Shown: positions 1-9,689, numbered from the stretch's first letter. The stretch is DNA of 64,000 bases from Thermoproteota archaeon (GCA_029258915.1 JAPDJU010000003.1:12801-76800), one strand, 5' to 3'. Numbers and translations: made by a program. Notes: generated from the letters alone by a model not told the origin.

Positions 1-71
1 AAGTAATTAATGAAATGGGCTATATTGTACCAGGGCTTGGAGATGCGGGAGATAGAGCGTTTGGAGGATAA
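1..71 (+). CDS. upp: Uracil phosphoribosyltransferase, C-terminal fragment (gene starts upstream of window)
   Basis: Frame 3 reads VINEMGYIVPGLGDAGDRAFGG then TAA at 69-71. GY(I/L)VPGLGDAGDR-FG is the characteristic UPRTase C-terminus. Confidence 0.75.
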   Translation, partial: VINEMGYIVPGLGDAGDRAFGG

Positions 72-79
72 GCAGCAAC

Positions 80-1726
80 TTATTCTCTTCCAGCAATTTT
101 GGAGTAAACTATTAAACCAATATTTGCTACAGCTACTGCAAGAACAAATGCGGGAATGGTATGGCTAACATTTACTACTCTACCTACCAATGTTTCCCTA
201 GGTTTTAGGTTTAAATTATCAACTATGTCTTTAATAGCGTTTTCAAGTATAGCGTATTTTGTGGCAGAATCCTTTGATGAATCATAGGTAAAAGCTGTTA
301 TTCTAATGTAAAACTGTTTTTCAAAGCCACCATAGCTAACTACGATAGGTAATCTAATATATGCCATAAGTATTTTAGAGAACTCCTTACTTGCCTCAAC
401 AAAAACTACTTGGAAACCTACACCATATCCTTCAATTGTTTCAACCCAGTATTTGTCAAGACTATATCCTTGGTATGTTAAGCACACCGGCCATCCATGA
501 AACTGTGCTGGATTATCCGACCCCTCAATGTAAGCTCGTAACAATATGTCCCTATATTTCATGGTGACTAGTTTAACTATAGGTATGTTTAACGCAACCT
601 CTATTCTTCCTTCCCTTTTAACATTCAATATTTTAAACAGTGTAGAGTTAAACACATAGTTTTCTATGTTAGTTGAAATTTCTTCAGCAGGTATTATTTG
701 TCCTTTAACTTTTACCGGAATATATGGTGTAGAAGATTCTAATAATTCAGGAACTATAAATGCGAATACTGCTAAAAGTAAGAGTAATGATGCTAATGTG
801 TTTTTACTTAGTTTACTGGTAAGTTTCAATGTTTTAGCAATATGTATTTTATGTCCCGGTATTATTTTGAAGAGCACCAACATAACGGCTGTAACCGAGA
901 TTATGGTTAGGAATATTGAAGGTGTATAGTGGAAAACATTCATAGCAGTGTTTAATCCCCAAATTTTTCCACTTAAAACTATGAGTGTTAGCCTCACTAG
1001 GTTGCTTAGAAGCAGTAAGGTTAAGAGTAGAGCTGAAGATGTGAGAGTTGCTATGGTTTTTCTATGTTTGGAAACATTTGATGAGTGAACAAAGTTAATA
1101 ATTAAGGGTAAGCCCACTATAAAACCCATTAAACTAACTATACCACTACATGCTGGACCTACTTCGAAAAGTACGGGTTCACCTTCTGGGCCTATGGTTT
1201 TTAACACTACTGCTTCTCTTATTATAAGCTCAGCACCAGTAATTGAAGCAACTACTTCAGCTACTCCCTTAGAAAGCAATGCAGCCACATAGTCCAATAC
1301 TATCCTAGGTACAGGCACTAGTAGTAAGCTTAAAGCAATAATGCTCTTTATCTTAGCTAATGATCTTAAATCGACTATTAAAGCTATGAGAGCCCAGAAC
1401 ATAAATATTAAGGATAATGTTTGAAGTTCCAGAGTGTATTCTGAAATCCATGACAACATGTAGAAGTATAGAGAAAGCGAAATTAAAAGTAAAGTTACCA
1501 TTACATTTTGCAATCCTGTTCTTAAATATAGTTTTACATTGCTCAGTTTTTCTAAAGCAATAAAAACTAAAACCAGTAGTACTGCGAGCAAATACGAATA
1601 TTCATCAACCATAGTTAACCTAGCTAATCCTAGTATTGTATTCCAATAACTCGATATTAAAATGAAGAATATCCATGAAAAATAAACTACTATGAAAACA
1701 ATATCTCCTAGTTTGAATTTAGCCAA
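80..1726 (-). CDS. Exosortase/archaeosortase-family integral membrane protein with an extra C-terminal domain
   Basis: 548-aa polytopic membrane ORF. FEVGPACSGIVSL (Cys), LSNLVRLTL (Arg) and NVFHYTPS (His) fit the Cys/Arg/His signature of the exosortase/archaeosortase family. About 200 non-membrane residues plus a final TM follow. It overlaps the upstream DUF58 gene by 8 nt. Confidence 0.6.
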   Translation of the reverse strand: MAKFKLGDIVFIVVYFSWIFFILISSYWNTILGLARLTMVDEYSYLLAVLLVLVFIALEKLSNVKLYLRTGLQNVMVTLLLISLSLYFYMLSWISEYTLELQTLSLIFMFWALIALIVDLRSLAKIKSIIALSLLLVPVPRIVLDYVAALLSKGVAEVVASITGAELIIREAVVLKTIGPEGEPVLFEVGPACSGIVSLMGFIVGLPLIINFVHSSNVSKHRKTIATLTSSALLLTLLLLSNLVRLTLIVLSGKIWGLNTAMNVFHYTPSIFLTIISVTAVMLVLFKIIPGHKIHIAKTLKLTSKLSKNTLASLLLLLAVFAFIVPELLESSTPYIPVKVKGQIIPAEEISTNIENYVFNSTLFKILNVKREGRIEVALNIPIVKLVTMKYRDILLRAYIEGSDNPAQFHGWPVCLTYQGYSLDKYWVETIEGYGVGFQVVFVEASKEFSKILMAYIRLPIVVSYGGFEKQFYIRITAFTYDSSKDSATKYAILENAIKDIVDNLNLKPRETLVGRVVNVSHTIPAFVLAVAVANIGLIVYSKIAGRE

Positions 1727-3305
1727 TAGGCTTTACACCTACTATTAAGGGTTCTTTCTTAGCTTTCTCATATAATATTCTAGGTTTAGGCTTCTTAGCT
1801 TCTACAATACTGTAACCTATTGTTTTAACATTGTACTCTACTAAACTATATGTGTGTTTTTCTAAAACATTTCCATGTATTAACACTATGTTTGCTGGAG
1901 GCTTAACTACTTTGGCTATTTTGCTTAAGAAAACGTATCCATTGTTTTCAAAAAGTTTATCTTTTAAGCCGCTGACTTCAGCTACGGTTAAAGGTATGTT
2001 TTTAACAATACTGCTTCTTAAAACTTCTAAACTAGGTTTATCTAAATGAGCTTCAATAGCTTCTTTCAATGTTTTTAAAGGTGTTTTTTGCAAATACTTT
2101 ACTGTTTTAAGAAGCGCTCTGCTGACATTTTCTCCTACAACATTTAGGTGCATTCTTTGCTTATCATATATTGCTAAATAGATTGTTTGCATGGGATCTC
2201 TAAGGGTTTCATATATTAGTGTTGAAAGTAAAGTGTAGACTAGGTCATCTAGTTCGTTAAAAGTTTTCGAAGTTAAATCACATAGCACTATTAGTGTTCC
2301 GAAAGGTTTTCTTCTATAGTCTTTAACTACAAGTGTTTGTTTGCTTACACTTTTCTTCCAATGTATTGACGATATTTCATCTCCTGGAACATATGCTCTA
2401 ACACCATAGTATTCCCCTCTACGAGTGCGTCCTGTAAGACCTTTAACAGTGTATTCCGTTAATTTAACTGTTCTTTGAAGCTGAGCTAGTCTTGAAAGTA
2501 AAATTATTGCTGCTCTTAAAGCTAGCTTGTATTGTGGAATAACTATAACTTTAGGTTTTAAAGCTATAGTTTTCTTTGCTAATAGGTTGTTGTCGGTTAG
2601 GATAATTTTTAAAGTTAGCACACTTTCTCCAATAAGTTTGCCATAAATTTTTAAACCTATTTTCAGCTGTTCTCCTTTACTTAGCACCTTAAACTTTCTA
2701 CTTAAAGTAGCTTTTACGTTTTCACATGTGGGTGTTTCTAAGTAGATATTTACGCTATTTTTAGATTTATTGCTTACAATTACTTCGTAACTGTTTTCAT
2801 CACCTTTAAAAACTCTTAAAGTATAGCTGTTAAGAGAAACATTAACCTTAGATAATTCCTTATTCGCTATCATAAACTGTACGAATAGTAGAGAGTAGTA
2901 GAGAGCTATCGTGTACAGTATTTGAGTGTTAAATATTGAAAGAATGGTTATTGGTAATGCTATTATAGATGAAGCATAAACACTATATCCTATCTTAACT
3001 TTTGTTCTAAGAAATCCCATGGTAACTCTTTTTGAAGCTAGTTTACTTATGTTGTCTATAAGCATAAAGAAGTAGGGTATAGAAAGTGCTACACTAACTA
3101 CATCATATACGCTAAAAAACAATGGTACAGAAAAGAAAAGCGTGAAATAAGCTATAATTTTAAGTTTTAACACATTCTTGATCTCGGATAATAATTGTAA
3201 AATAAACAGTAGAAGCAATGCTATGAAGCTCACAGTATTTATGAAGTATGCTATAAGGAGAAGCACAACCGTATAGGCCATTACAGATAGCGCTTTTACG
3301 TTCAC
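1719..3305 (-). CDS. DUF58-family protein (MoxR partner) with an N-terminal polytopic membrane region
   Basis: 528 aa. GEYYGVRAYVPGDEISSIHWKKSVSK is the hallmark DUF58 motif (Y-G-R-Y-PGD----IHWK-S). It lies in the same operon as a MoxR ATPase. Confidence 0.75.
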   Translation of the reverse strand: MNVKALSVMAYTVVLLLIAYFINTVSFIALLLLFILQLLSEIKNVLKLKIIAYFTLFFSVPLFFSVYDVVSVALSIPYFFMLIDNISKLASKRVTMGFLRTKVKIGYSVYASSIIALPITILSIFNTQILYTIALYYSLLFVQFMIANKELSKVNVSLNSYTLRVFKGDENSYEVIVSNKSKNSVNIYLETPTCENVKATLSRKFKVLSKGEQLKIGLKIYGKLIGESVLTLKIILTDNNLLAKKTIALKPKVIVIPQYKLALRAAIILLSRLAQLQRTVKLTEYTVKGLTGRTRRGEYYGVRAYVPGDEISSIHWKKSVSKQTLVVKDYRRKPFGTLIVLCDLTSKTFNELDDLVYTLLSTLIYETLRDPMQTIYLAIYDKQRMHLNVVGENVSRALLKTVKYLQKTPLKTLKEAIEAHLDKPSLEVLRSSIVKNIPLTVAEVSGLKDKLFENNGYVFLSKIAKVVKPPANIVLIHGNVLEKHTYSLVEYNVKTIGYSIVEAKKPKPRILYEKAKKEPLIVGVKPIG

Positions 3306-3319
3306 TATTAATAATCACC

Positions 3320-4216
3320 CTATCTAGGTTTTTTAATGGTTCTTTTCAGCATAAACACTACTACTCCAATAAGCAACACTATGTATGTTAGCGGATACAG
3401 TATGTAGTTGTTAACTATGTTAAACGCTGCCTCTTTTAACTGTTCATGTAGGCTTTTAGGTATATGTGTTTGATCAATAAACACTTTCTTACCTTTTACA
3501 AGGTTTTCTACGAATTCTAGGTTGTTTTCAAAATCCAGCATACTGTTTATTACAATACTTGGATCCGAGACGACTATTAAGGTTCCTTCACCATATTTTA
3601 ACGATACAGCTACTGGTAAGGGGCCTTTAGGTTCGCCTTCGTCCCAAACTTCGTTTCTGTTTAAATCTAGGTATGCGAAAGGACTTGAGTAAGCTGAAAT
3701 GTTAACTATGTTTTCAGATATTGCTTTTTCATCAACAATAATTGCTGATGCATGGTTTAAAATAATGTACTTGTCTTCGCCCGCTATTTCTGCTTTAGGA
3801 AATCTTTTATTCTTAAAGTTTACAAAAGGATCCAATAATGGGGAGTTCTCAGCTATTGTTAAAGGTACGTTTAAGTAGCTTAGAACAGTATTTCCGTAGC
3901 CATAATCATCCATTAATATTAGCATACCGCCATGTAGTAAGTAATTTCTTATAGTTTCTAGTTCAGATGTGCTGTAAGGTTTGTAAGCTACTGTTATCAA
4001 TGCTGTTTCTTCAGTATTCATAATAGAATTTAATGTTTTTTCAAAGTTCTCTGTTATAGTAATAGCGTTTAGTTGTTCTTTTAATCTTAAGTAACCATTC
4101 CATCCTGGATTATAGGTGCTAAAATCTGTAACTGTAGGGTATAGAACTATTATCACCATGAATGTAAGCAACCCTATGAAGACGATGTTTTTTATTTTCT
4201 TCATGAAATCCACCAT
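3320..4216 (-). CDS. Membrane-anchored protein, DUF4350-like (tentative)
   Basis: 298 aa with an N-terminal TM, a soluble middle (GGMLILMDDYGYGN, LIVVSDPSIV) and a C-terminal TM with a basic tail (FMLKRTIKKPR). Its operon position between DUF4129-type and DUF58 genes fits DUF4350. The family call is from memory only. Confidence 0.4.
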   Translation of the reverse strand: MVDFMKKIKNIVFIGLLTFMVIIVLYPTVTDFSTYNPGWNGYLRLKEQLNAITITENFEKTLNSIMNTEETALITVAYKPYSTSELETIRNYLLHGGMLILMDDYGYGNTVLSYLNVPLTIAENSPLLDPFVNFKNKRFPKAEIAGEDKYIILNHASAIIVDEKAISENIVNISAYSSPFAYLDLNRNEVWDEGEPKGPLPVAVSLKYGEGTLIVVSDPSIVINSMLDFENNLEFVENLVKGKKVFIDQTHIPKSLHEQLKEAAFNIVNNYILYPLTYIVLLIGVVVFMLKRTIKKPR

Positions 4217-6297
4217 TTCGATATTTCTTCATAACATTTACGTGCAATAGTTTGTTCTTCGCTTGTAAATTCAGGCTTGAAATATATTGCTCTTTCAGCT
4301 AGAATTGTTAGTTTTTTGAAAGCTGATGACACATGTTCAGGTATTTTGCTTTGCACTTTTTCCCAATATTCTCTCATAGTCTCATAGGGTTTTGGCGGAA
4401 GTGTTTTCTCAGAGATAAGTTTAACAGCTTCAGCATATAGTTTAACCACATCTGTAGGCACTATTTCCACACTGTAAACCATAGGTTTCTTAACATAGGT
4501 TTCAGTTTCTAACTTAGGATAAGATATTGTTGGAGGTTTTTCAATGACCTTTCTTACCACTCTCCTTCTACGTCTAAAGAAGCCTAAAATTCTCGATAGG
4601 GAAACTTCTATCTCCTTGGGAGGAGCGTACATGTAGAAGAAGAGAGAACCTAGGGCGAAAATCAAGGGTATTAAACTAACTATCCTTACTTCTTCCTTTC
4701 TCAGCATTTTAGGAAACCATGGTTCTTTAGGTTTAAACTCTACATTAATTATGAGTTCTTTAAATGTAATCGTGAATGCGGGGTCTATTTCTAAAGAAAA
4801 TTCACCATAAGGATCAGTGTTAAGGTTAAATTTCTTACCATTTATATTGACAAGTACTTCTTCGTCTTGAAGAGGTGTTCCATTAACTATGGAGACTTTA
4901 CCCCATATTCTGATTTTTGAAAACGGATAGTAAGATAGCTTAGTTACCGATAAGTCAAATTTAACGGGTATATATGTTACTAAAATACCATAGCCTCCTA
5001 TGGCTGGTGAAAGAGTTTTTAGAGGCCTAACTTTAAACGTTAAAATATGGGTACCTACGCTAATGTTTTCAGGTATTTTAAGCTCATAAATTGTTTCCCT
5101 AGAAAATATTTCAAAAGTTTCTTGAAGCTCATCATCTATTAGTACTTCAACTATTCTAGGCTTATCTTCTGTAGGAGGTGGGGTTATGTTTATAGTGAAC
5201 TTAAATTTTAAGCCTGGATAAACTATTGAAGGCCCTTTAACGTGAATCACTGTTTCATTAAATAAAGCTATTACTGTCGTAGTGTTTGAGCATGGTCTAT
5301 AAAGTTCTAAATCCTTACCTTCAGGTATGTAGGATGCTATTATTAGTAGGCCCTCTACCATAATGTCCTTGTCATAAATATATGGTACCGTATAGTTATA
5401 CTCGAATATTCCATAAACATTTGTTGTTAGTGTTACTCTGGATAATATTTTCCTCTTAAATATGATGTTTAAAATTACTTTTCTCCAAGGTAACGGTTCG
5501 TTATTTAATGCGCTAAGCTTTCCATGAAGTGTTATATTGCTTCCAATCATTACTACTTTAGGCTTAGCTTCGATATCAATTTTTGTCTCGTATAATCCTT
5601 TAAACACTATTTCTCCGGTTACATTTTTAATAATTCCTTCAAGCAATATACTTTCAATAATCTCTTCAGGTAGTACCTCACTTAGTTCCGTTTTTAGCTT
5701 TAGAAGTTCTTCATAGTATTTCTCTATCAGTTCGTTTACCTTTTTGAGGTATATGCGGTTCGCTATTGCGAACTGGTAGAATTTGGCTAAGTGTTCTTCG
5801 GGGACTTCTTTTCTAAGAGCTGATATTAGTCTATCATATGATGGTTCTAGTTCTTTATACGATATATTGGCTTTTAGCAGGTGGAAGGCAGCATTATGCA
5901 TAGCATGGAATACTTTATCGAGTTCCGAGGTTGAGGTGAAGTATTTTGCTAGGTCTATGTATTTTTTGGTGCTGTTTAAGTGTCCATGGGTTTCTATGAG
6001 AAGTTCATTAAACCTGCCGACTACGTATTTGAGTTCTTCAGTTACTTTGAGTAGTTTTAGCTGTTCTAGCAATTTTTCTGCATTCTCATAGTCTTCCATA
6101 GACATAAAAGATAATGAGTAAAGGTAGAGCATTAGAAGTGTTAGTATGTCTGTTTCTTCACGTGCTCTCGCAGGGTCTTCGTGAGGTATTAGTTCCTCGT
6201 CTACTTCGGCTCTGCATGTTAGCATGGTGTTTACTAGGTTTAGCATTAGAAATACTATTAAGAGTAATGCCAGGGTTTTTGAAACAATGTTTCGCAT
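4201..6297 (-). CDS. Large surface protein with beta-sandwich repeats, one TM and a DUF4129-like cytoplasmic tail
   Basis: 698 aa. It has an N-terminal signal/TM, a helical region and two Ig/CarboxypepD_reg-like segments (ITLHGKLSALNNEPLP..., IRIWGKVSIVNGTPLQDEEV...). A TM (LIPLIFALGSLFFYMY) is followed by a tail (YETMREYWEKV...ERAIYFKPEFTSEE) that resembles DUF4129. Confidence 0.45.
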   Translation of the reverse strand: MRNIVSKTLALLLIVFLMLNLVNTMLTCRAEVDEELIPHEDPARAREETDILTLLMLYLYSLSFMSMEDYENAEKLLEQLKLLKVTEELKYVVGRFNELLIETHGHLNSTKKYIDLAKYFTSTSELDKVFHAMHNAAFHLLKANISYKELEPSYDRLISALRKEVPEEHLAKFYQFAIANRIYLKKVNELIEKYYEELLKLKTELSEVLPEEIIESILLEGIIKNVTGEIVFKGLYETKIDIEAKPKVVMIGSNITLHGKLSALNNEPLPWRKVILNIIFKRKILSRVTLTTNVYGIFEYNYTVPYIYDKDIMVEGLLIIASYIPEGKDLELYRPCSNTTTVIALFNETVIHVKGPSIVYPGLKFKFTINITPPPTEDKPRIVEVLIDDELQETFEIFSRETIYELKIPENISVGTHILTFKVRPLKTLSPAIGGYGILVTYIPVKFDLSVTKLSYYPFSKIRIWGKVSIVNGTPLQDEEVLVNINGKKFNLNTDPYGEFSLEIDPAFTITFKELIINVEFKPKEPWFPKMLRKEEVRIVSLIPLIFALGSLFFYMYAPPKEIEVSLSRILGFFRRRRRVVRKVIEKPPTISYPKLETETYVKKPMVYSVEIVPTDVVKLYAEAVKLISEKTLPPKPYETMREYWEKVQSKIPEHVSSAFKKLTILAERAIYFKPEFTSEEQTIARKCYEEISKWWIS

Positions 6298-6588
6298 TTA
6301 TAGTCCCAGTATGCTTGCTATTATTGTTGGGGCTAGTATTTCCAGTATTCTAAAAGCTACTATTATTATAAAAATTGTTAGCAGAATTTTAGATATTAAA
6401 GATATTTTTCCTTCAACTTCCCTAGGTAGTGGGGAGTAAAGTGCTAAGAATATGAAGTATATTAGGATGAAAACTGCTACATATACGTCAGCTCTTTTCT
6501 CACCTACAACAATTAGCCCTATTAAGGCTGCAAATACGCTAAGCGCTAAACGTACTAGAAATTTGTCTATGAAAACTATTTCTGACAT
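6298..6588 (-). CDS. Small hydrophobic membrane protein (about 3 TM), operon member
   Basis: 96-aa ORF, almost entirely hydrophobic. Its stop abuts the start of the downstream gene (6297/6298). Confidence 0.4.
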   Translation of the reverse strand: MSEIVFIDKFLVRLALSVFAALIGLIVVGEKRADVYVAVFILIYFIFLALYSPLPREVEGKISLISKILLTIFIIIVAFRILEILAPTIIASILGL

Positions 6589-6599
6589 TTAAACACCTT

Positions 6600-7316
6600 C
6601 TACTTGAAAAACAATATGGTTTCTTCCAATTTTTTCTCCATGTTTAAAAATTCTATTTTTCTGTTAAACGTTTCAGCTAATATTGCTCCTACTATAGTTA
6701 TGATGAAACCTATTTTACCTCTATACTTGCTGAAACCGTATTTTATCTTGGATAGTGTAACTACTATGGTGCCGTCTGTTCTAGTAGCTACTTTAACACT
6801 ATCAACGATGTTTAAGTGCTGTACTAGTGTTTTTGAAATAAAATCTTCTACCTGACCTATGGTTTCTACTTCAGATACTCCTAGTTCATCTATTATTTTA
6901 AGGCATGGTGGTTTAAGTTTTAAACATGGAATGTTTTTCATAGTAACTAGCATTCTTTCAGGAATTTTTCTTCCAGTACCTTCTAACTCTGCGTTTTTAG
7001 TTAACGGTATTATGATTGAGAGTTTACCATCAGTGCTCATGGTTGAAGGTATGAATATAGGGTTTCTGTCTAAAACACCTAATTCTTCTAAAAGCCTCTC
7101 AACATTTTCTTTCAAATACTCTATTTCTTCTCTCATAGCTTTAATAGGGTGTTCAGGCATTTCCCAGCCTACAACAAAGAGTACGGCACCTACCATAGCT
7201 ACTCCAGCTAATGCTGCAGCTAATTCGGGTACGTTTAAAATTATAAATGCTGTTAGTGATCCTGCAACCCCTATTACTAGTAGGTTTAATCCTACGATAG
7301 TGTGTTTTATTAGCAT
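6600..7316 (-). CDS. Hypothetical membrane-anchored protein (2 N-terminal TM plus soluble domain)
   Basis: 238-aa ORF in the MoxR operon with a 1-nt gap to the upstream gene. The composition looks coding. The antisense 157-aa ORF is low-complexity. Confidence 0.45.
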   Translation of the reverse strand: MLIKHTIVGLNLLVIGVAGSLTAFIILNVPELAAALAGVAMVGAVLFVVGWEMPEHPIKAMREEIEYLKENVERLLEELGVLDRNPIFIPSTMSTDGKLSIIIPLTKNAELEGTGRKIPERMLVTMKNIPCLKLKPPCLKIIDELGVSEVETIGQVEDFISKTLVQHLNIVDSVKVATRTDGTIVVTLSKIKYGFSKYRGKIGFIITIVGAILAETFNRKIEFLNMEKKLEETILFFK

Positions 7317-7317
7317 A

Positions 7318-7992
7318 CTACATCACATGTAGGGTTTCTGAAATTAAAATAGTAAGTCTTAACACATAATCTCCTAGTATTCCTTTGAATCCCTTTAGTA
7401 TTTCTCTTGTAGCAAAACCTGTTAAAGCAATTAAGAGTATGGAGGGTATTTCAGAGTAAAAAACTGTAATCAGCATCACATTAAGCACTATAGTAGCTGT
7501 TCTAACTATTTCTTCTCTAATTACCGATTTTCCTACCCCGTATTCTACTATAGGGCCTAGGATGTAGAAGAATATTACCGGTTTAGCGTTTACAATTCTG
7601 GATATAGTGAAGCCTAAGATTAAAGGAATTGCCATGTGTGCTAAGTCTTTTGCTTGAGGTTTCCCTATTTTTAGTTCAATAGGTTTTAAACTATAGACCA
7701 ACGGTATTGCAATAATAGTGTAGAAAATACCGTAAGCGTAATTTAAAACATCACCTGTAATGTTACTGTATTTTAAAAGATAAAGAAAAAGTAAGGCTAA
7801 AGGCACAACCCAAATCTGAGGTGAAATTGTTTTTCTAAACTTTAGCATCCAAATATTTAATATAACTACAAATGTTGCGAAAAACAATGGTAGTTTCAAC
7901 GAAATTTCCTCTACTAGAAAACTTATTAGTAGAAGCATTATTAGAGTAGAGAAAACCACAAGCACATTAAGATTCTTCCTTAATGTTTTCAT
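7318..7992 (-). CDS. Hypothetical polytopic membrane protein
   Basis: 224 aa with multiple hydrophobic spans. It overlaps the moxR stop by 4 nt, consistent with translational coupling. Confidence 0.45.
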   Translation of the reverse strand: MKTLRKNLNVLVVFSTLIMLLLISFLVEEISLKLPLFFATFVVILNIWMLKFRKTISPQIWVVPLALLFLYLLKYSNITGDVLNYAYGIFYTIIAIPLVYSLKPIELKIGKPQAKDLAHMAIPLILGFTISRIVNAKPVIFFYILGPIVEYGVGKSVIREEIVRTATIVLNVMLITVFYSEIPSILLIALTGFATREILKGFKGILGDYVLRLTILISETLHVM

Positions 7993-8945
7993 ATTTTAGG
8001 TACCTCAACTGTCTTAAGAGTTTCTTCGATAATGGACTCGGGCGTTATGCCTTCAATTTCTGCTTCGGTTTTCAGCTTTACTCTATGGGTTAATGTTTCG
8101 AAAGCAAAACGTTTAACGTCGTCAGGTATTACGTAGTTTCTTCCTGAAATGAAGGCATAGGTTCTAGCTGCTTTATATAGGAATATTCCTGCTCTATGGC
8201 TTGGTCCTAATGCTACGTCGGGGTGTTTTCTAACATGTGTTATTAAGTTTACTATGTACTTTACTATGCTTTTATCAACATATATTTTCTCTTTAATGTA
8301 GCTTATTAGTTTGAGTACTTGGGCTGGGGAAGCTGCTTGGCTAACGGGTAGGCTTTCAATATAGTCTATATTGCTTATTATTGTTTCTTCTTCGTCTGGT
8401 GGGCTATACTCGCTCCATAGTCTAAACATGAACCTGTCTATTTGAACTTCTGTTAAAGGATATGTTCCAACAGAAATTGTCATAGGTATTTGGGTTGCAA
8501 TAACCATGAAGGGTTCAGGTAGCTTATATGTTATTCCTTCTATTGTTACCTGTTTTTCCTGCATTGCTTCTAGTAGTGCTGCTTGGGTTCTAGGTGTTGT
8601 TCTATTTATTTCATCTGCTAGGACTATGTTTGCAAATATTGGTCCTTCTTGAAATCTTCTTTCACCTGTAATTGTGTAAATGTAGAAACCTGTAATATCT
8701 GATGGTAGAGTATCTGGTGTAAACTGTATTCTCTTAAAAACACCTCCTATGGTTTTAGCGAAAACTTTTGCTATCATTGTTTTAGCTGTTCCAGCATAAC
8801 CCTCAATTAAAACGTGGCCCTCACTTAGAAGAGCTACAACTATTCCTTCAATAATTTTTCTTTTACCTACAATAACCTTGCTTATTTCATCAATTATTTT
8901 CTTAGGTACTTCAAATAGTTCTTCTTGAACCTCTCTATTGCTCAA
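7989..8945 (-). CDS. MoxR-family AAA+ ATPase
   Basis: 318 aa. Walker A GYAGTAKT, Walker B/sensor VLADEINRTTPRTQAALLEAMQE and overall collinearity match MoxR (AAA_3) proteins. Confidence 0.9.
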   Translation of the reverse strand: MSNREVQEELFEVPKKIIDEISKVIVGKRKIIEGIVVALLSEGHVLIEGYAGTAKTMIAKVFAKTIGGVFKRIQFTPDTLPSDITGFYIYTITGERRFQEGPIFANIVLADEINRTTPRTQAALLEAMQEKQVTIEGITYKLPEPFMVIATQIPMTISVGTYPLTEVQIDRFMFRLWSEYSPPDEEETIISNIDYIESLPVSQAASPAQVLKLISYIKEKIYVDKSIVKYIVNLITHVRKHPDVALGPSHRAGIFLYKAARTYAFISGRNYVIPDDVKRFAFETLTHRVKLKTEAEIEGITPESIIEETLKTVEVPKI

Positions 8946-9021
8946 TGTAGAACACCGTTTTTAAGTCGAACATTTTTAGCATGTATTTCATTATTATATT
9001 TTTCGTTTAGCTTAACTTAAG

Positions 9022-9597
9022 CTAAGAATATTTAAGCTTAAAGTAAACGTACTTCCTACGTAACGCTACTATAGCTAGTGATAGAGTTAGTAGTGCGAGG
9101 GAAATAATTATAGGTACTAGCCTTATACCCCATGGGGTATAGTTTAGAACAAGCCCTACTAGAGGAACTAGTGCTAAGCTTAAACCTATGCTTAAAGCTA
9201 GTCTTTCTAATGGTTCTAATTCTTCTCCTCTAGGATATAGTGCTTCTAGAAGTGTTGCTCCTGGAACATATAGGACGTAGAGGCTTCCTAAAACATATCT
9301 AAGATATACTAGTGGAGGTTCTGTAACGTATAGTGCTAGTAGGATTGTTGTAACTATGAATGTAGATAGAATGTGGAACCATAGTGATTCTATGCTTAGA
9401 AAGTATTGGGTAAATGTTTGAGGTATTTTTTCAGGAACTATGTCTATTAACCCTTTCTTCCACGCCATATAAGCATGGTATGATGCTTTATCGTAGCTTA
9501 TTTTTGCTCTTAAAGACAGTTCTTTAATAAACTCTGAGAGACTTGTACCTCTTCTCCCCCTAGCTATTTTCTTCGCTATTTCCTCTACTTTACTCAA
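9022..9597 (-). CDS. wHTH plus DUF1616 N-terminal-type membrane protein
   Basis: 191 aa. LYVPGATLLEALYPRG...LERLALSIGLSLALVPLVGLVLNYTPWGIRL matches my recollection of the conserved N-terminal TM block of archaeal DUF1616 proteins. Confidence 0.5.
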   Translation of the reverse strand: MSKVEEIAKKIARGRRGTSLSEFIKELSLRAKISYDKASYHAYMAWKKGLIDIVPEKIPQTFTQYFLSIESLWFHILSTFIVTTILLALYVTEPPLVYLRYVLGSLYVLYVPGATLLEALYPRGEELEPLERLALSIGLSLALVPLVGLVLNYTPWGIRLVPIIISLALLTLSLAIVALRRKYVYFKLKYS

Positions 9598-9689
9598 ACC
9601 CTATTCCTCTTTGGCCTACATTATGTGTTTTTAGGTTAACATTTAAATAACTATTTTCAATAACGTTTTACATGCTGGCCTAAATCATT

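Noticed and set aside
6859-7332. 157-aa plus-strand ORF antisense to the 238-aa operon gene. The same applies to 6604-6855, 6114-6439 and 5783-6091.
   Set aside because: The sequences are Ser/Leu/Phe-rich and low-complexity. They are antisense to genes that sit in a tightly coupled operon, so they are shadow ORFs.
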